Part shown: piece after piece, positions 18,892 through 26,967 of the stretch
How positions within the stretch are numbered: position 1 is the first letter of the stretch
Layout: every line of letters begins with the position of its first letter
Source: a virus
DNA: 47,408 bases
UHGV virus genome: UHGV-1361589
Reading direction: 5' to 3' (one strand)
Program-made: the position numbers and the translations under genes
The notes under the pieces: generated by a model
Seen by the model: only the letters and a program-made list of their open reading frames with translations
What the model was told of the DNA's origin: nothing
Databases searched by the model: none

Positions 18892-19647
18892 TTATGCGGT
18901 AACGGTAACAACACACTTGGTGGAGTCAACGTAATCAGGACTTGTTGCCGAATCCATCACGCGGCAGAAGTACGTACCAGCATCACCTGCGGCAGCAGTG
19001 GCCTTGGTGAACGTGTCGGTAGTAGCACCGCTGATCGGCGTGGTGCCTTTATACCATTGGTAGGTATAAGGCTCGACACCGCCAGCCGCAACTACCGGAC
19101 CAAGCGTCAGAGTGGCGTCAGTGGCAACGCTTTTGGTTGCACTGATATCAGTGGTCAGCGTCAAATCTTCGATGCTGGACACGTCAACGGTAGAGCCATC
19201 ATACGGCTTGAATTCAACTGAGCCGGTGATGATGTCGTTGGTGCCGCCATCGTAGCTCAGTGCGGTAATGTTGCAGTAAGCAACGACAACGGTATTACCG
19301 GTGGTCTGGCGAACCCACAGTGACGGCTGGCGACGAGCTTTTACTTCGGTGACAAAGTATCTGATGAGGTTATGCACGCCATACTCATCAGCCTTGTCAG
19401 CCTTGCGAACTTCAAAATCACCTGAAATGGTGAGGTCTGCCGTAGTGACCAGCGTTGCGACAAAGCCATCGCCATCATCAGCCTCTGAAGTGGTGGTGCT
19501 TGGGCTGAAGTCGACACCTTTTGAGGTCATGGGAGCAAAAAACTTCCAGTCTTCCCCTGCTGGCGCAGCATCCCAGCAGCCATCAGCCAGCTCAATGAGC
19601 GACCGGCGACCTGTGATGATGCCGTTATCATTTGCACAAATAGCCAT
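18892..19647 (-). CDS. major tail protein with C-terminal Ig-like domain
   Basis: 251 aa. The C-terminus (YTYQWYKGTTPISGATTDTFTKATAAAGDAGTYFCRV) is a classic Ig-like (Big_2/I-set) signature, as in lambda gpV-type tail tube proteins. Confidence 0.65.
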   Translation of the reverse strand: MAICANDNGIITGRRSLIELADGCWDAAPAGEDWKFFAPMTSKGVDFSPSTTTSEADDGDGFVATLVTTADLTISGDFEVRKADKADEYGVHNLIRYFVTEVKARRQPSLWVRQTTGNTVVVAYCNITALSYDGGTNDIITGSVEFKPYDGSTVDVSSIEDLTLTTDISATKSVATDATLTLGPVVAAGGVEPYTYQWYKGTTPISGATTDTFTKATAAAGDAGTYFCRVMDSATSPDYVDSTKCVVTVTA

Positions 19648-19738
19648 GTTTAGAATCCTCTGTGTTTAGCTAAACAATCGCATTATATCATGCTGACAGG
19701 CGTTGATTGGTGGTGTAGATTCGAACAAACAACACAAC

Positions 19739-19816
19739 GCACCATTAGCTCAGCAGGATAGTAGCAACGGACTTCTAATCCGTAGGTCACTGGTTCGAAT
19801 CCTGTCGCGGGAACCA
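19739..19816 (+). tRNA. tRNA-Arg(TCT)-like gene with encoded CCA; acceptor stem not complementary, possibly a pseudogene
   Basis: D-arm GCTC/AGCAGGATAG/TAGC, anticodon arm ACGGA-CTTCTAA-TCCGT (anticodon TCT), T-arm ACTGG-TTCGAAT-CCTGT, 3' end CGCGGGA-A-CCA. About 75% identical to E. coli argU when aligned by eye. Confidence 0.45.
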
Positions 19817-20200
19817 TCACTCACCAAAAACAACCCTCAGCAACAACTCATAAACCGGTCTCTGCTCTGTAGTGAGTGTTGGACGACCAAGCGGCGCCTG
19901 CAACTGAATCATGCCAATGCAACTATCAACTGGATGCTCTTTGATGTATGCGATGACATCAAGCGCTTTTGCTTTTGTCTCCTCGATGTTGTACTGACCC
20001 TGTTGGCCGACAACATAGAGCGAAAAATAGTAATCGCCGCCGAGCCCTTTGCTTACGTTCGTGCCGCCATTGGATTGCAGCACCATAAACCGGTCTGTGC
20101 CAACTTCGGTATCGTTCCAGAATTCGAGTTGAGAAGTCCACCCGTCATAAAGACCGGAATCGCTAAGGTACTGGTAAACAAGCTCAAGCATATCTCTCAT
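19817..20200 (-). CDS. tail terminator / tail completion protein (putative)
   Basis: 127 aa, immediately upstream of the major tail gene in the transcription order. Confidence 0.35.
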   Translation of the reverse strand: MRDMLELVYQYLSDSGLYDGWTSQLEFWNDTEVGTDRFMVLQSNGGTNVSKGLGGDYYFSLYVVGQQGQYNIEETKAKALDVIAYIKEHPVDSCIGMIQLQAPLGRPTLTTEQRPVYELLLRVVFGE

Positions 20201-20613
20201 TTTAGCGTCATCTCTTTTTTAATTACCTGATCGACAAGCTCGCGTGTGTTTTCGCCAGCCTTGAGAAGGAATTTAGGCTCGCCGCTCTTATCCCATACAT
20301 TTCCCTTTCCTTTAAGTCTCCCTGTGCGCGGCGTATTCGTGCCAAGCAGTTTACCTGGTGCATTGTGGACATACAGAGCATAATTAGCTGCATACCCAAT
20401 CTTGCCAGTTATGCGAGTGCCATTAACCTCAACAGTATCATACTGGCTGTTTATCAGCACCGATGTAGCTACTGGAGTCATGGAGGCCGATTCAGTCCTG
20501 ATGATGTAGTTGGCGGCTTTTATTGCTGATACCGCCTTCTCGCCAGTAATCTCGCCGACTATCTGCTGAGTGCGCTTAATAGCCTGCTGGATACCTCTCA
20601 TTTTGGCGGCCAT
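20197..20613 (-). CDS. neck protein, HK97 gp10-like
   Basis: 138 aa. N-terminus MAAKMRGIQQAIKRTQ resembles the HK97 gp10 tail-component family. Confidence 0.4.
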   Translation of the reverse strand: MAAKMRGIQQAIKRTQQIVGEITGEKAVSAIKAANYIIRTESASMTPVATSVLINSQYDTVEVNGTRITGKIGYAANYALYVHNAPGKLLGTNTPRTGRLKGKGNVWDKSGEPKFLLKAGENTRELVDQVIKKEMTLK

Positions 20614-20616
20614 ACA

Positions 20617-20961
20617 TTACCCCGTTACCAGCGCAAAATCAGGCAGGTCATTGCGGTCCAGCGTATTTCCGTAATTCACTACGTTTCTAATCTGGTCAGC
20701 TCCGGCGGCCAGCGGGTCAGCGCTTGTGATGGTGCCAAGCATGATGAAGTCGCCAACAGACGCATCCTGGTATTCAGTCCAGAATGTGTTTTTCTGTGCA
20801 ATCTCATTGCCAGCAGTGCCGGTAGTCAGATTCTTATCGAAGCCATAATCACACATGATGGACTCTGGGGCGGCGAATGTCGGTTTGCCATACTTATCTT
20901 TGCCAGTAAGCCGCCAGATTGTGCATGGCTGCGTATAGCTCCATCTCGCTATTGCTGACAT
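20617..20961 (-). CDS. head-tail adaptor / head closure protein (putative)
   Basis: 114 aa, positioned between the connector and neck genes. Confidence 0.35.
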   Translation of the reverse strand: MSAIARWSYTQPCTIWRLTGKDKYGKPTFAAPESIMCDYGFDKNLTTGTAGNEIAQKNTFWTEYQDASVGDFIMLGTITSADPLAAGADQIRNVVNYGNTLDRNDLPDFALVTG

Positions 20962-21079
20962 GGTGCGGCCTCAAGAGTATAAATCCAGCGCGGAACAGGA
21001 AGGCGCAGCAATACCAGAATAACCAGCAACGGCATGCACCATTTACGGATTGCGATATTTACAGTTAATGTTGACGTTT

Positions 21080-21472
21080 TCATTTGCACTTACTCCCGGT
21101 GACAACCCGAAACCACGGCTTTGCACTTCCATCAGGCTCTTCCACAAGGTCGCCTGTGCAGTCTGCCGTATCGAGTAGTTTCATCTGATTGTAAAGGGCC
21201 ATCCACGGCTTGCTGCCATAGCCAAATGACTGCGACGCACCAGATGGCGCCCGATGGCTGGTAATGTATCTCCCGGCCGTATTTGAGGCGATCAGGATAG
21301 ATGCCCATAGCAGAATTGCATCCTGCCTGCATGTATCTTCAGGGTAATTAAGCTCAAGGCACTCTGTGATGCTCGCCACCAGGCACAGGATGCCCGTTGC
21401 GTCCGCCGTGGTGATGGTTACGCCTCTTGACGCCATGGCGGCGACAAGTTCACTTTCTGTCGGTGCTGCCAT
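21080..21472 (-). CDS. head-tail connector protein (gp6-like)
   Basis: Start placed at MAAPTESELVAAMASRGVTITTADATGILCLVASITE..., a typical gp6-like connector N-terminus. The ORF track extends it to 21541. Confidence 0.45.
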   Translation of the reverse strand: MAAPTESELVAAMASRGVTITTADATGILCLVASITECLELNYPEDTCRQDAILLWASILIASNTAGRYITSHRAPSGASQSFGYGSKPWMALYNQMKLLDTADCTGDLVEEPDGSAKPWFRVVTGSKCK

Positions 21473-21737
21473 TCTTTTTGCTCTCCCGAATCTTCCACCA
21501 CATCTCAAAAAGGTTTTTTGCCACCAGTGACAGCGCGCCAAGTATAGAAGCTACCGCAGCCCACTCGGTAATCGAATGGGGGATCATTGAGGCAATGTAT
21601 GATTGCGCTACTGGCGTTTGCTCCGCCACCTTCAGGCCAAGGCCCGTACCAATGGACGTATAACCGGCTTTGTCGATTACCTGGCCGACAGTGCCACTAA
21701 TTATCTGGTTTGCGGCGTGCTGAAGCGCGTCTCTCAT
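21450..21737 (-). CDS. hypothetical protein with hydrophobic segment
   Basis: 95 aa, first gene of this minus-strand structural block. Confidence 0.3.
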   Translation of the reverse strand: MRDALQHAANQIISGTVGQVIDKAGYTSIGTGLGLKVAEQTPVAQSYIASMIPHSITEWAAVASILGALSLVAKNLFEMWWKIRESKKNGSTDRK

Positions 21738-21898
21738 TAATTATTCTCCGAATGATGAACTTCCAGCATCTGTACACCTGAACCAGCGAAAACGCTATGA
21801 CGATAACGCCGATTGCTATATCCAATTTCGCCGCCTTACGTTTTTCAGGACGGAACAGCGCGGGGTGAGTATTGTTGGTTTAATTTTATCATAAAGTG

Positions 21899-21927
21899 TT
21901 GACGTAGATTGAGGGTGTCGCTATAGT
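21899..21927 (+). promoter_or_regulatory. strong sigma70-like promoter TTGACG-17-TATAGT with TAGATTGA element
   Basis: TTGACGTAGATTGA at 21899-21912 and TATAGT at 21922-21927. Drives the plus-strand ParB/mini-clamp cassette. Confidence 0.55.
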
Positions 21928-21966
21928 GATGACGTAGAAACAACAATAAATGTTAGAGGTGATGAG

Positions 21967-22269
21967 ATGAAAGAATTCAAAGGTACGCCGGGGCCGTGGC
22001 GTATGGACCGGAACAATGTACACACCGGACAAATAGCAACAATCCATCATTGCATAGGAAATGATTGGGTTGAAATCTGGTCTCCAGATTGGCCAGACAC
22101 CGAACAGAAGCAAGAAGCTAACGCACGGCTCATCGCTGCCGCTCCGGAACTGCTGGAGTCGATGACCGTAACACTTGATGAAATCGGGCATTGGTTATCA
22201 CAACAGAAACCAGACCTTAAAGAAAAGATAGTTTCCGCAATCGCCAAAGCACTCGGAGAATCCCAATGA
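21967..22269 (+). CDS. hypothetical protein
   Basis: 100 aa (MKEFKGTPGPWRMDRNNVHTGQIATIHHCIGNDW...), first gene of the cassette. Confidence 0.4.
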   Translation: MKEFKGTPGPWRMDRNNVHTGQIATIHHCIGNDWVEIWSPDWPDTEQKQEANARLIAAAPELLESMTVTLDEIGHWLSQQKPDLKEKIVSAIAKALGESQ

Positions 22270-22382
22270 TACGCCACGAAATCAGAAAAGAAGACCTGAA
22301 GGCGTGGGATAAGTTCAAAATCAAGCTGGCATTAATCGTTATCGGATTCGCCATTTCCAGCGCAATCTGTTTATCAAAGTGA
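22266..22382 (+). CDS. small membrane protein
   Basis: 38 aa (MIRHEIRKEDLKAWDKFKIKLALIVIGFAISSAICLSK), translated by hand. Confidence 0.25.
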   Translation: MIRHEIRKEDLKAWDKFKIKLALIVIGFAISSAICLSK

Positions 22383-22389
22383 GGAAAAG

Positions 22390-23205
22390 ATGACATCTCT
22401 CGGAAAAATTTACTCAGACAAAGAAACTCGCGGCGGAATCGTAGTCAACAAAGGCTATCAGGTTCCTGTCGACCAGCTTTATCTTGAGCCAGGATACAAC
22501 ATCCGCGAAGCCGATGAGCAGCACGTTGAATACTTCGCGCAGTGCTGGGAATCAGGCCAGCCAATCCCGGCGTTAACTGTTATTCCTGATGCCGATGGAA
22601 AGTGCATCAAGATTCTTGATGGCCAGCATCGTTATCTTGGCGCACTGCGTGCCATTGAGCGCGGCGTGCCAATTGCGCGCATTGAGTGCAAAGACTTCAC
22701 CGGCGATGAGGCGGATAAAATCGCCTTCATGGTGTCTTCCAGTCAGGGAAAGCAGCTTGACCCGCTTGAGCGTGCAAAGGCTTATGTGCGCCTGAAAGGC
22801 TTCGGATGGACGAATGAAGAAATCGCCAAAAAGGTAGGCCGCTCAGTTTCTGATGTACAAATGCACCTGTCACTTGGTGACGTACCTGATGCCATCAAGC
22901 AGCGCATCAATGCAGGACAAATCAGCTATGCCAACGCCGTTGCAGTCGCACGTGAGCATGGCGATGATGCAGTTAACGTTATTGATGCTGCCGTTGAGGA
23001 AGCGAAAGCGCAGGGCAAGGATAAGGTGACGGCTAAAACGCTCAAGGCCAAAAAAGTTAAGCCGATTGACCGCCTGATTCAGTTGCTGAAAGAAGCAGAT
23101 CATATGGTTGTCGCTGAGGGTCATGTCGCACAGGAGACCGAGGAGTTTTTGCGTCTTCCTTCCGCTGAGTTGAGTGAAGTGCTGGCGATTCTGGAGAAGC
23201 TGTGA
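22390..23205 (+). CDS. ParB/Srx-superfamily protein with DGQHR motif and C-terminal HTH (DndB-like/ParB-like nuclease domain)
   Basis: 271 aa. ILDGQHRYLGALRA motif in the N-terminal ParB-like domain; HTH-like TNEEIAKKVGRSVSDVQMHL. Confidence 0.55.
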   Translation: MTSLGKIYSDKETRGGIVVNKGYQVPVDQLYLEPGYNIREADEQHVEYFAQCWESGQPIPALTVIPDADGKCIKILDGQHRYLGALRAIERGVPIARIECKDFTGDEADKIAFMVSSSQGKQLDPLERAKAYVRLKGFGWTNEEIAKKVGRSVSDVQMHLSLGDVPDAIKQRINAGQISYANAVAVAREHGDDAVNVIDAAVEEAKAQGKDKVTAKTLKAKKVKPIDRLIQLLKEADHMVVAEGHVAQETEEFLRLPSAELSEVLAILEKL

Positions 23206-23399
23206 TGATTACAATTGGCACTGTTGCAAAAAACATAAAAGAAGGCGATCACATCCTAATGCGAGACGGCGTGGCTCGCCAGGTGGAGAAAATTCACTAT
23301 CAGGAGGACATAATCGCATTTGAAATGAAGCGTTACGAAGAAAAAACAAGGCATTTCTTATTTTATGATGAATGCGCAAATGTGGTGGAGAGTTGGTAA
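23202..23399 (+). CDS. hypothetical protein
   Basis: 65 aa, overlapping start/stop codons with its neighbours. Confidence 0.35.
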   Translation: MMITIGTVAKNIKEGDHILMRDGVARQVEKIHYQEDIIAFEMKRYEEKTRHFLFYDECANVVESW

Positions 23400-23572
23400 T
23401 GAACCACGAACAGTTCATAGAGAAAAACCTGCGCGAAAAACTACCAGGTATCGACAACGCGGCCATAGAGGCCGCAATTACCCACTACAGGCGCAACCAG
23501 AGTGAAAAGAAGGGCAAGATTTTCGATGAATGCCTGAAGGTTGCAAAACAACACATGATAAAGGTGAAGTGA
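23399..23572 (+). CDS. hypothetical protein
   Basis: 57 aa from MNHEQFIEKNLREKLPGIDNAAIEAAITHYRRNQ.... Confidence 0.3.
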   Translation: MNHEQFIEKNLREKLPGIDNAAIEAAITHYRRNQSEKKGKIFDECLKVAKQHMIKVK

Positions 23573-24108
23573 TGAAATTAAAAATCAGCAAGTTAATTCT
23601 TGAAGGCGCGTTGATGTTCCAGGCCAAACAGGATGTTCGCTATTACCTGAATGGCATTTGCTTTATGCCTGATGGTCGCGTTGCCGCTACTGACAGTCAT
23701 CGCGCCATGATTGCCAGTAAGCATGAAAATAAATTGAAAGATAACGTTATCGTTTCTGTCAGCAAGTCGCCAACCAAGCGTTATGCGTATGCGCTCCTGG
23801 ACACTGAAACAAACATTGTCACCTACCATGACGAACATGAGGCGATGGTTGGTGCGGGAATTTGTTCTGAAATTGATGGCAATTACCCCGATATTGATCG
23901 CGTCATCCCGAAGCAGACCGCGCCAGCAGAACAGATTGGCTTCAATGCCAAATATCTTGCCGATGTTGAGAAACTGGCGAAGTTGTTTAACCCGAAATTT
24001 GAAGCGGTGCTATTTGAGTTGAATGGCAACACCAGCGCCGCCGTCGCAAACATCAGTGCGCCTACTGGCGAGACTGCAAAAGTTATCGTTATGCCAATGA
24101 GGATTTAG
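23572..24108 (+). CDS. truncated DnaN-like protein (beta sliding clamp domain II + abridged domain III; mini-clamp)
   Basis: 178 aa. [31 protein letters not shown] aligns with E. coli DnaN [48 protein letters not shown] aligns with DGRFPDYRRVLPKNP. The C-terminus [10 protein letters not shown] aligns with AAYVVMPMRL. DnaN domain I is absent. An AGGTGA RBS lies upstream. Confidence 0.6.
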   Translation: [178 protein letters not shown]

Positions 24109-24362
24109 TGATGAAAAAGAATGGCGTTTTTACTCAGAATGATGGCTCAAAAGTTGCCCGTCTTGGCGATGGTTACGTCGGCATTAAATTTGGCTCTTGC
24201 CATGGTGAAAAGTTAATAGCTATTGCGAATAGCACAAATCGAGGGGTGCCGGGAGATATAATTGATGAGGCTGATGAGGCTGAAATTTATATCACATTCA
24301 AAGACAACGCCTCAATTCAGCGGCTGATTGATGGCCTTGTTAGTCTTCGTGACCATAAGTGA
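24108..24362 (+). CDS. hypothetical protein
   Basis: 84 aa. ATG overlaps the stop of the DnaN-like gene (TGATG). Confidence 0.35.
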   Translation: MMKKNGVFTQNDGSKVARLGDGYVGIKFGSCHGEKLIAIANSTNRGVPGDIIDEADEAEIYITFKDNASIQRLIDGLVSLRDHK

Positions 24363-24372
24363 GGATTTAGTT

Positions 24373-24738
24373 ATGAACGAACAAGCACAAAAAATTCTGG
24401 AAGACCTGCTGAAGAAGGCCAGTAACGGCATTGATTCTGCGGTTTCATTTAGTCAGGCGCAGATTCCTGATGTCATTCAGCAACTTTTGATGTGGAACGC
24501 TGTATCTTCAGCAGGCATTCAAATAATTTGCTTAATAGCTATTATTGCATGTGTTTATCTAATGATTTTTGCATGGAATGAAGGTGATGATGGTGAAGCT
24601 GTTCTTGCTGTATTGTTCTTTACTGGCGTTGGCTCAATCGCCTGCATAGTTGTAATCTTTAACAATTTCGACTGGCTTAAAATCTTGCTTGCTCCAAAGC
24701 TCTACCTTATCGAATACGCGGCATCTCTAGTCAAGTAG
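24373..24738 (+). CDS. membrane protein (2 predicted TM helices)
   Basis: 121 aa from MNEQAQKILEDLLKK.... Two long hydrophobic stretches (IQIICLIAIIACVYLMIFAW, VLAVLFFTGVGSIACIVVIF). Last gene of the cassette. Confidence 0.4.
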   Translation: MNEQAQKILEDLLKKASNGIDSAVSFSQAQIPDVIQQLLMWNAVSSAGIQIICLIAIIACVYLMIFAWNEGDDGEAVLAVLFFTGVGSIACIVVIFNNFDWLKILLAPKLYLIEYAASLVK

Positions 24739-24740
24739 AG

Positions 24741-24766
24741 AAAAGCCCCTTTCGGGGCTTTTCTTT
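24741..24766. terminator. rho-independent terminator (bidirectional)
   Basis: AAAAGCCCCTTTCGGGGCTTTTCTTTT. Confidence 0.65.
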
Positions 24767-24768
24767 TA

Positions 24769-25599
24769 TCACGGAAGATAAGCGTCATCCTCAAACCATG
24801 AAACATAAGCATTGATATTTTGCGCCGCAGTATCCAGGGATGTGATGCGTAACAGATAGGTAGTATTAGGCGCCATGATGACCTGTTCACCGAGTTTTGC
24901 CTGTGAATTACCCTGCCCCTGGTTTGATGCGTTCCCTTCACTATACGTCGCAGCCACCGTCAGCTGGCCGATACTTGTAACCGTAGAGCCAGTAAGAAGC
25001 TGTGCCGTTGCAGTATGCGGCGCTATGTCATTTGGGTTATTAATCTCCGCAGCAGTGCCGCCAGTGGCTACAGCTCCACGGTAAATTGACGCTATGACAC
25101 CTTTACCGGTATATCCGATTATGCGCTGGTTAAACACAACCTGTTTTGAGCCGGTAATAAAAATGCTGTCAAGGTTAGCCCCGCCAGCGACGTCAGTCAC
25201 GCGACGTGATGCGGTGAATAACTTCCCCTGCTTGTTAGCAAGCTCCGAGTAGGGCTGCGCGACAACCTGACTTGATGGAACTGAGGTGTCAGCTCGCCAC
25301 ACCAGGACTTTCAGAGATGCAACGCCAGCAGGAAGCTGTGACTTGATCACCTTTAGTCGTAGCGCAACGCCATAATAATTATTATTGTTAACGTCGATCC
25401 AGAAATCACCAGATGCGAACGGGGATACCATTACTGAGATAGAGCCACTGGTTAATGGTGCGTGGCCGCCTGAAGAGTTTAATGGCACAATCTGCACCTG
25501 CAATGCAGTCCAGTCTGCTGACATGGTTTCACTAAGCGAAACCTCTCCGTCAGCCGGAGTTGTGTTTATTTCGTACCTGACAGCCATGATAACCCCCAA
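24769..25599 (-). CDS. putative structural protein (beta-rich, Thr/Ser/Gly-rich; head decoration or fibre-like)
   Basis: 276 aa, downstream of the major capsid gene with a terminator after it. No recognisable motif. Confidence 0.3.
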   Translation of the reverse strand: MGVIMAVRYEINTTPADGEVSLSETMSADWTALQVQIVPLNSSGGHAPLTSGSISVMVSPFASGDFWIDVNNNNYYGVALRLKVIKSQLPAGVASLKVLVWRADTSVPSSQVVAQPYSELANKQGKLFTASRRVTDVAGGANLDSIFITGSKQVVFNQRIIGYTGKGVIASIYRGAVATGGTAAEINNPNDIAPHTATAQLLTGSTVTSIGQLTVAATYSEGNASNQGQGNSQAKLGEQVIMAPNTTYLLRITSLDTAAQNINAYVSWFEDDAYLP

Positions 25600-25600
25600 T

Positions 25601-25630
25601 AAAAAACCCGCTTGTTTGCGGGTTTATTTT
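25601..25630. terminator. rho-independent terminator
   Basis: AAAAAACCCGCTTGTTTGCGGGTTTATTTT. Confidence 0.6.
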
Positions 25631-25823
25631 ACTTGGTTTTCTTTGCCTTTGGCTGCGATTTTTGCGGAGTTGCAACTTCCAGAACTTTCTCACTAACCGG
25701 GCGAAGTTTTGACTCAATGTGCGGAGTGGATTCGTCAATGATATCGCCAATATCAAGCTCACGCAGGCGACCATCTTTATCCTTGACGAAGATTCCGCTG
25801 GCGATTACTTCATATTTAGCCAT
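25629..25823 (-). CDS. hypothetical small protein
   Basis: 64 aa with a Lys-rich C-terminus, between the capsid gene and the 276-aa gene. Confidence 0.3.
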   Translation of the reverse strand: MAKYEVIASGIFVKDKDGRLRELDIGDIIDESTPHIESKLRPVSEKVLEVATPQKSQPKAKKTK

Positions 25824-25841
25824 GATAACCTCTGATAGTTT

Positions 25842-25869
25842 AAAGGGGTTATTCGCCCCTTTATTTTTT
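25842..25869 (-). terminator. rho-independent terminator following the major capsid gene
   Basis: GGGG-TTATTCG-CCCC hairpin plus a T-run on the minus strand, immediately after the MCP stop. Confidence 0.5.
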
Positions 25870-26956
25870 ACAGCGCGGTTTGCGTGCCGTAGCCGTTGAA
25901 AACCTTGCTTCGACCATTGAAATCCTTACGGATTTGCAGGCCCATAGCAGCCCAGGTCAGGAAGTTAAAGTTAGCGTGCGGCGTGGTACGCGGCTCTGCA
26001 TAGGTAGATACCGGCTGAGCGACGCGAGGGCGGATGTACAGCGCATTCTTCACATAGCCGACGAAATGGTTTCCGGTCAGCTTGAAGTTGGTGCCGATAG
26101 ACGCGATGCGGCCAACGTTGCCGGTCTTGCCGAATGCGAGGATATAATCCTCAATAGTGCCGCCTTTGAATCCTGCCGCGTCGGAGTACGGACGACTGAA
26201 GGAGCGACGCACAGACGGAGAAACCCACAGAGTAACCGGCTCGAACACGTTTTGCGTATCGAGAACCGCCTGGAAATCCTGGTTGAAGAACTCAACGATT
26301 TCATCAGGAGTTGCCGTTTGCAGGTCGATGTTCAGCGCGCCAGTGCCAGAGGTGCTCAGGTTAAGCTGCACGGTGTTCGGGTGGTTGGTGATGCCGTAAG
26401 CAGTATAAACGCCGTTCACGTTCAGGCTTGCATCGCCGACCAGCAGATAATCCGCCATGTCTGCGCGCAGGTTGAAGGTGGTGTTTTCCTGGTCATCAAT
26501 TAGCGGGTCGAAACCTTCAGATTGCATACCCAGCAGCTCACGCCACTCACGGCCATAACCGGTTTTGAAGATCGGGATTACATCGCCGCTGTAGGAGTAG
26601 CGGGTTTTATCCAGGTCTTCAGGCTCCTGCCCGGAGATGGTGCGCACAACCTTACCAGCATCGGATGCCATGCGGCTGATTGCCACGGTCTTACCGATGT
26701 TGATATTGGTCGCCAGCGTCATCAGGTCGGCCATCATGTCCATTCCGGACTCGTTGCGGAATACACGGGTGGTCACGTCGTCCACTTCGCGCCAGTAGTC
26801 TTTCGTTACCAGTGCGGTGGCATTTACGCCGTATTCTTTCGCCAGAGCGTTTTCACCATTGATGAAAACCTTGCGGTCAACGGTCAGATGGCGCCACTGC
26901 TCTCTAACCACCTGCGAGTTGGTGATCAGGCCTTTCGTAAAGATAATCTTTTCCAT
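25868..26956 (-). CDS. major capsid protein (HK97 fold)
   Basis: 362 aa. Its length, its position after the scaffold and decoration-like genes, and the terminator after it fit the MCP role. The sequence pattern is HK97-like. Confidence 0.7.
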   Translation of the reverse strand: MEKIIFTKGLITNSQVVREQWRHLTVDRKVFINGENALAKEYGVNATALVTKDYWREVDDVTTRVFRNESGMDMMADLMTLATNINIGKTVAISRMASDAGKVVRTISGQEPEDLDKTRYSYSGDVIPIFKTGYGREWRELLGMQSEGFDPLIDDQENTTFNLRADMADYLLVGDASLNVNGVYTAYGITNHPNTVQLNLSTSGTGALNIDLQTATPDEIVEFFNQDFQAVLDTQNVFEPVTLWVSPSVRRSFSRPYSDAAGFKGGTIEDYILAFGKTGNVGRIASIGTNFKLTGNHFVGYVKNALYIRPRVAQPVSTYAEPRTTPHANFNFLTWAAMGLQIRKDFNGRSKVFNGYGTQTAL

Positions 26957-26967
26957 TGTTCGGCTCC

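Noticed and set aside
19700-19745. Second tRNA immediately upstream of the tRNA-Arg-like gene (GATTCGAAC and ...GCACCA resemble a T-loop and 3' end)
   Set aside because: No D-arm or anticodon arm can be formed. Only a 6-bp hairpin (TGGTGT/GCACCA) is supported, so it is reported as part of the tRNA finding instead.
21080-21541. Longer 153-aa form of the connector ORF starting MARCHWWQKTFLRCGGRFGRAKR
   Set aside because: The Arg/Cys-rich N-terminal extension overlaps the preceding gene and looks like read-through of a non-coding frame. The conserved gp6-like sequence begins at MAAPTESEL.
23530-23571. 14-aa N-terminal extension (MPEGCKTTHDKGEV) on the DnaN-like ORF
   Set aside because: It overlaps the upstream gene. 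A good RBS (AGGTGAAGTG) precedes the ATG at 23572, where the DnaN homology begins.
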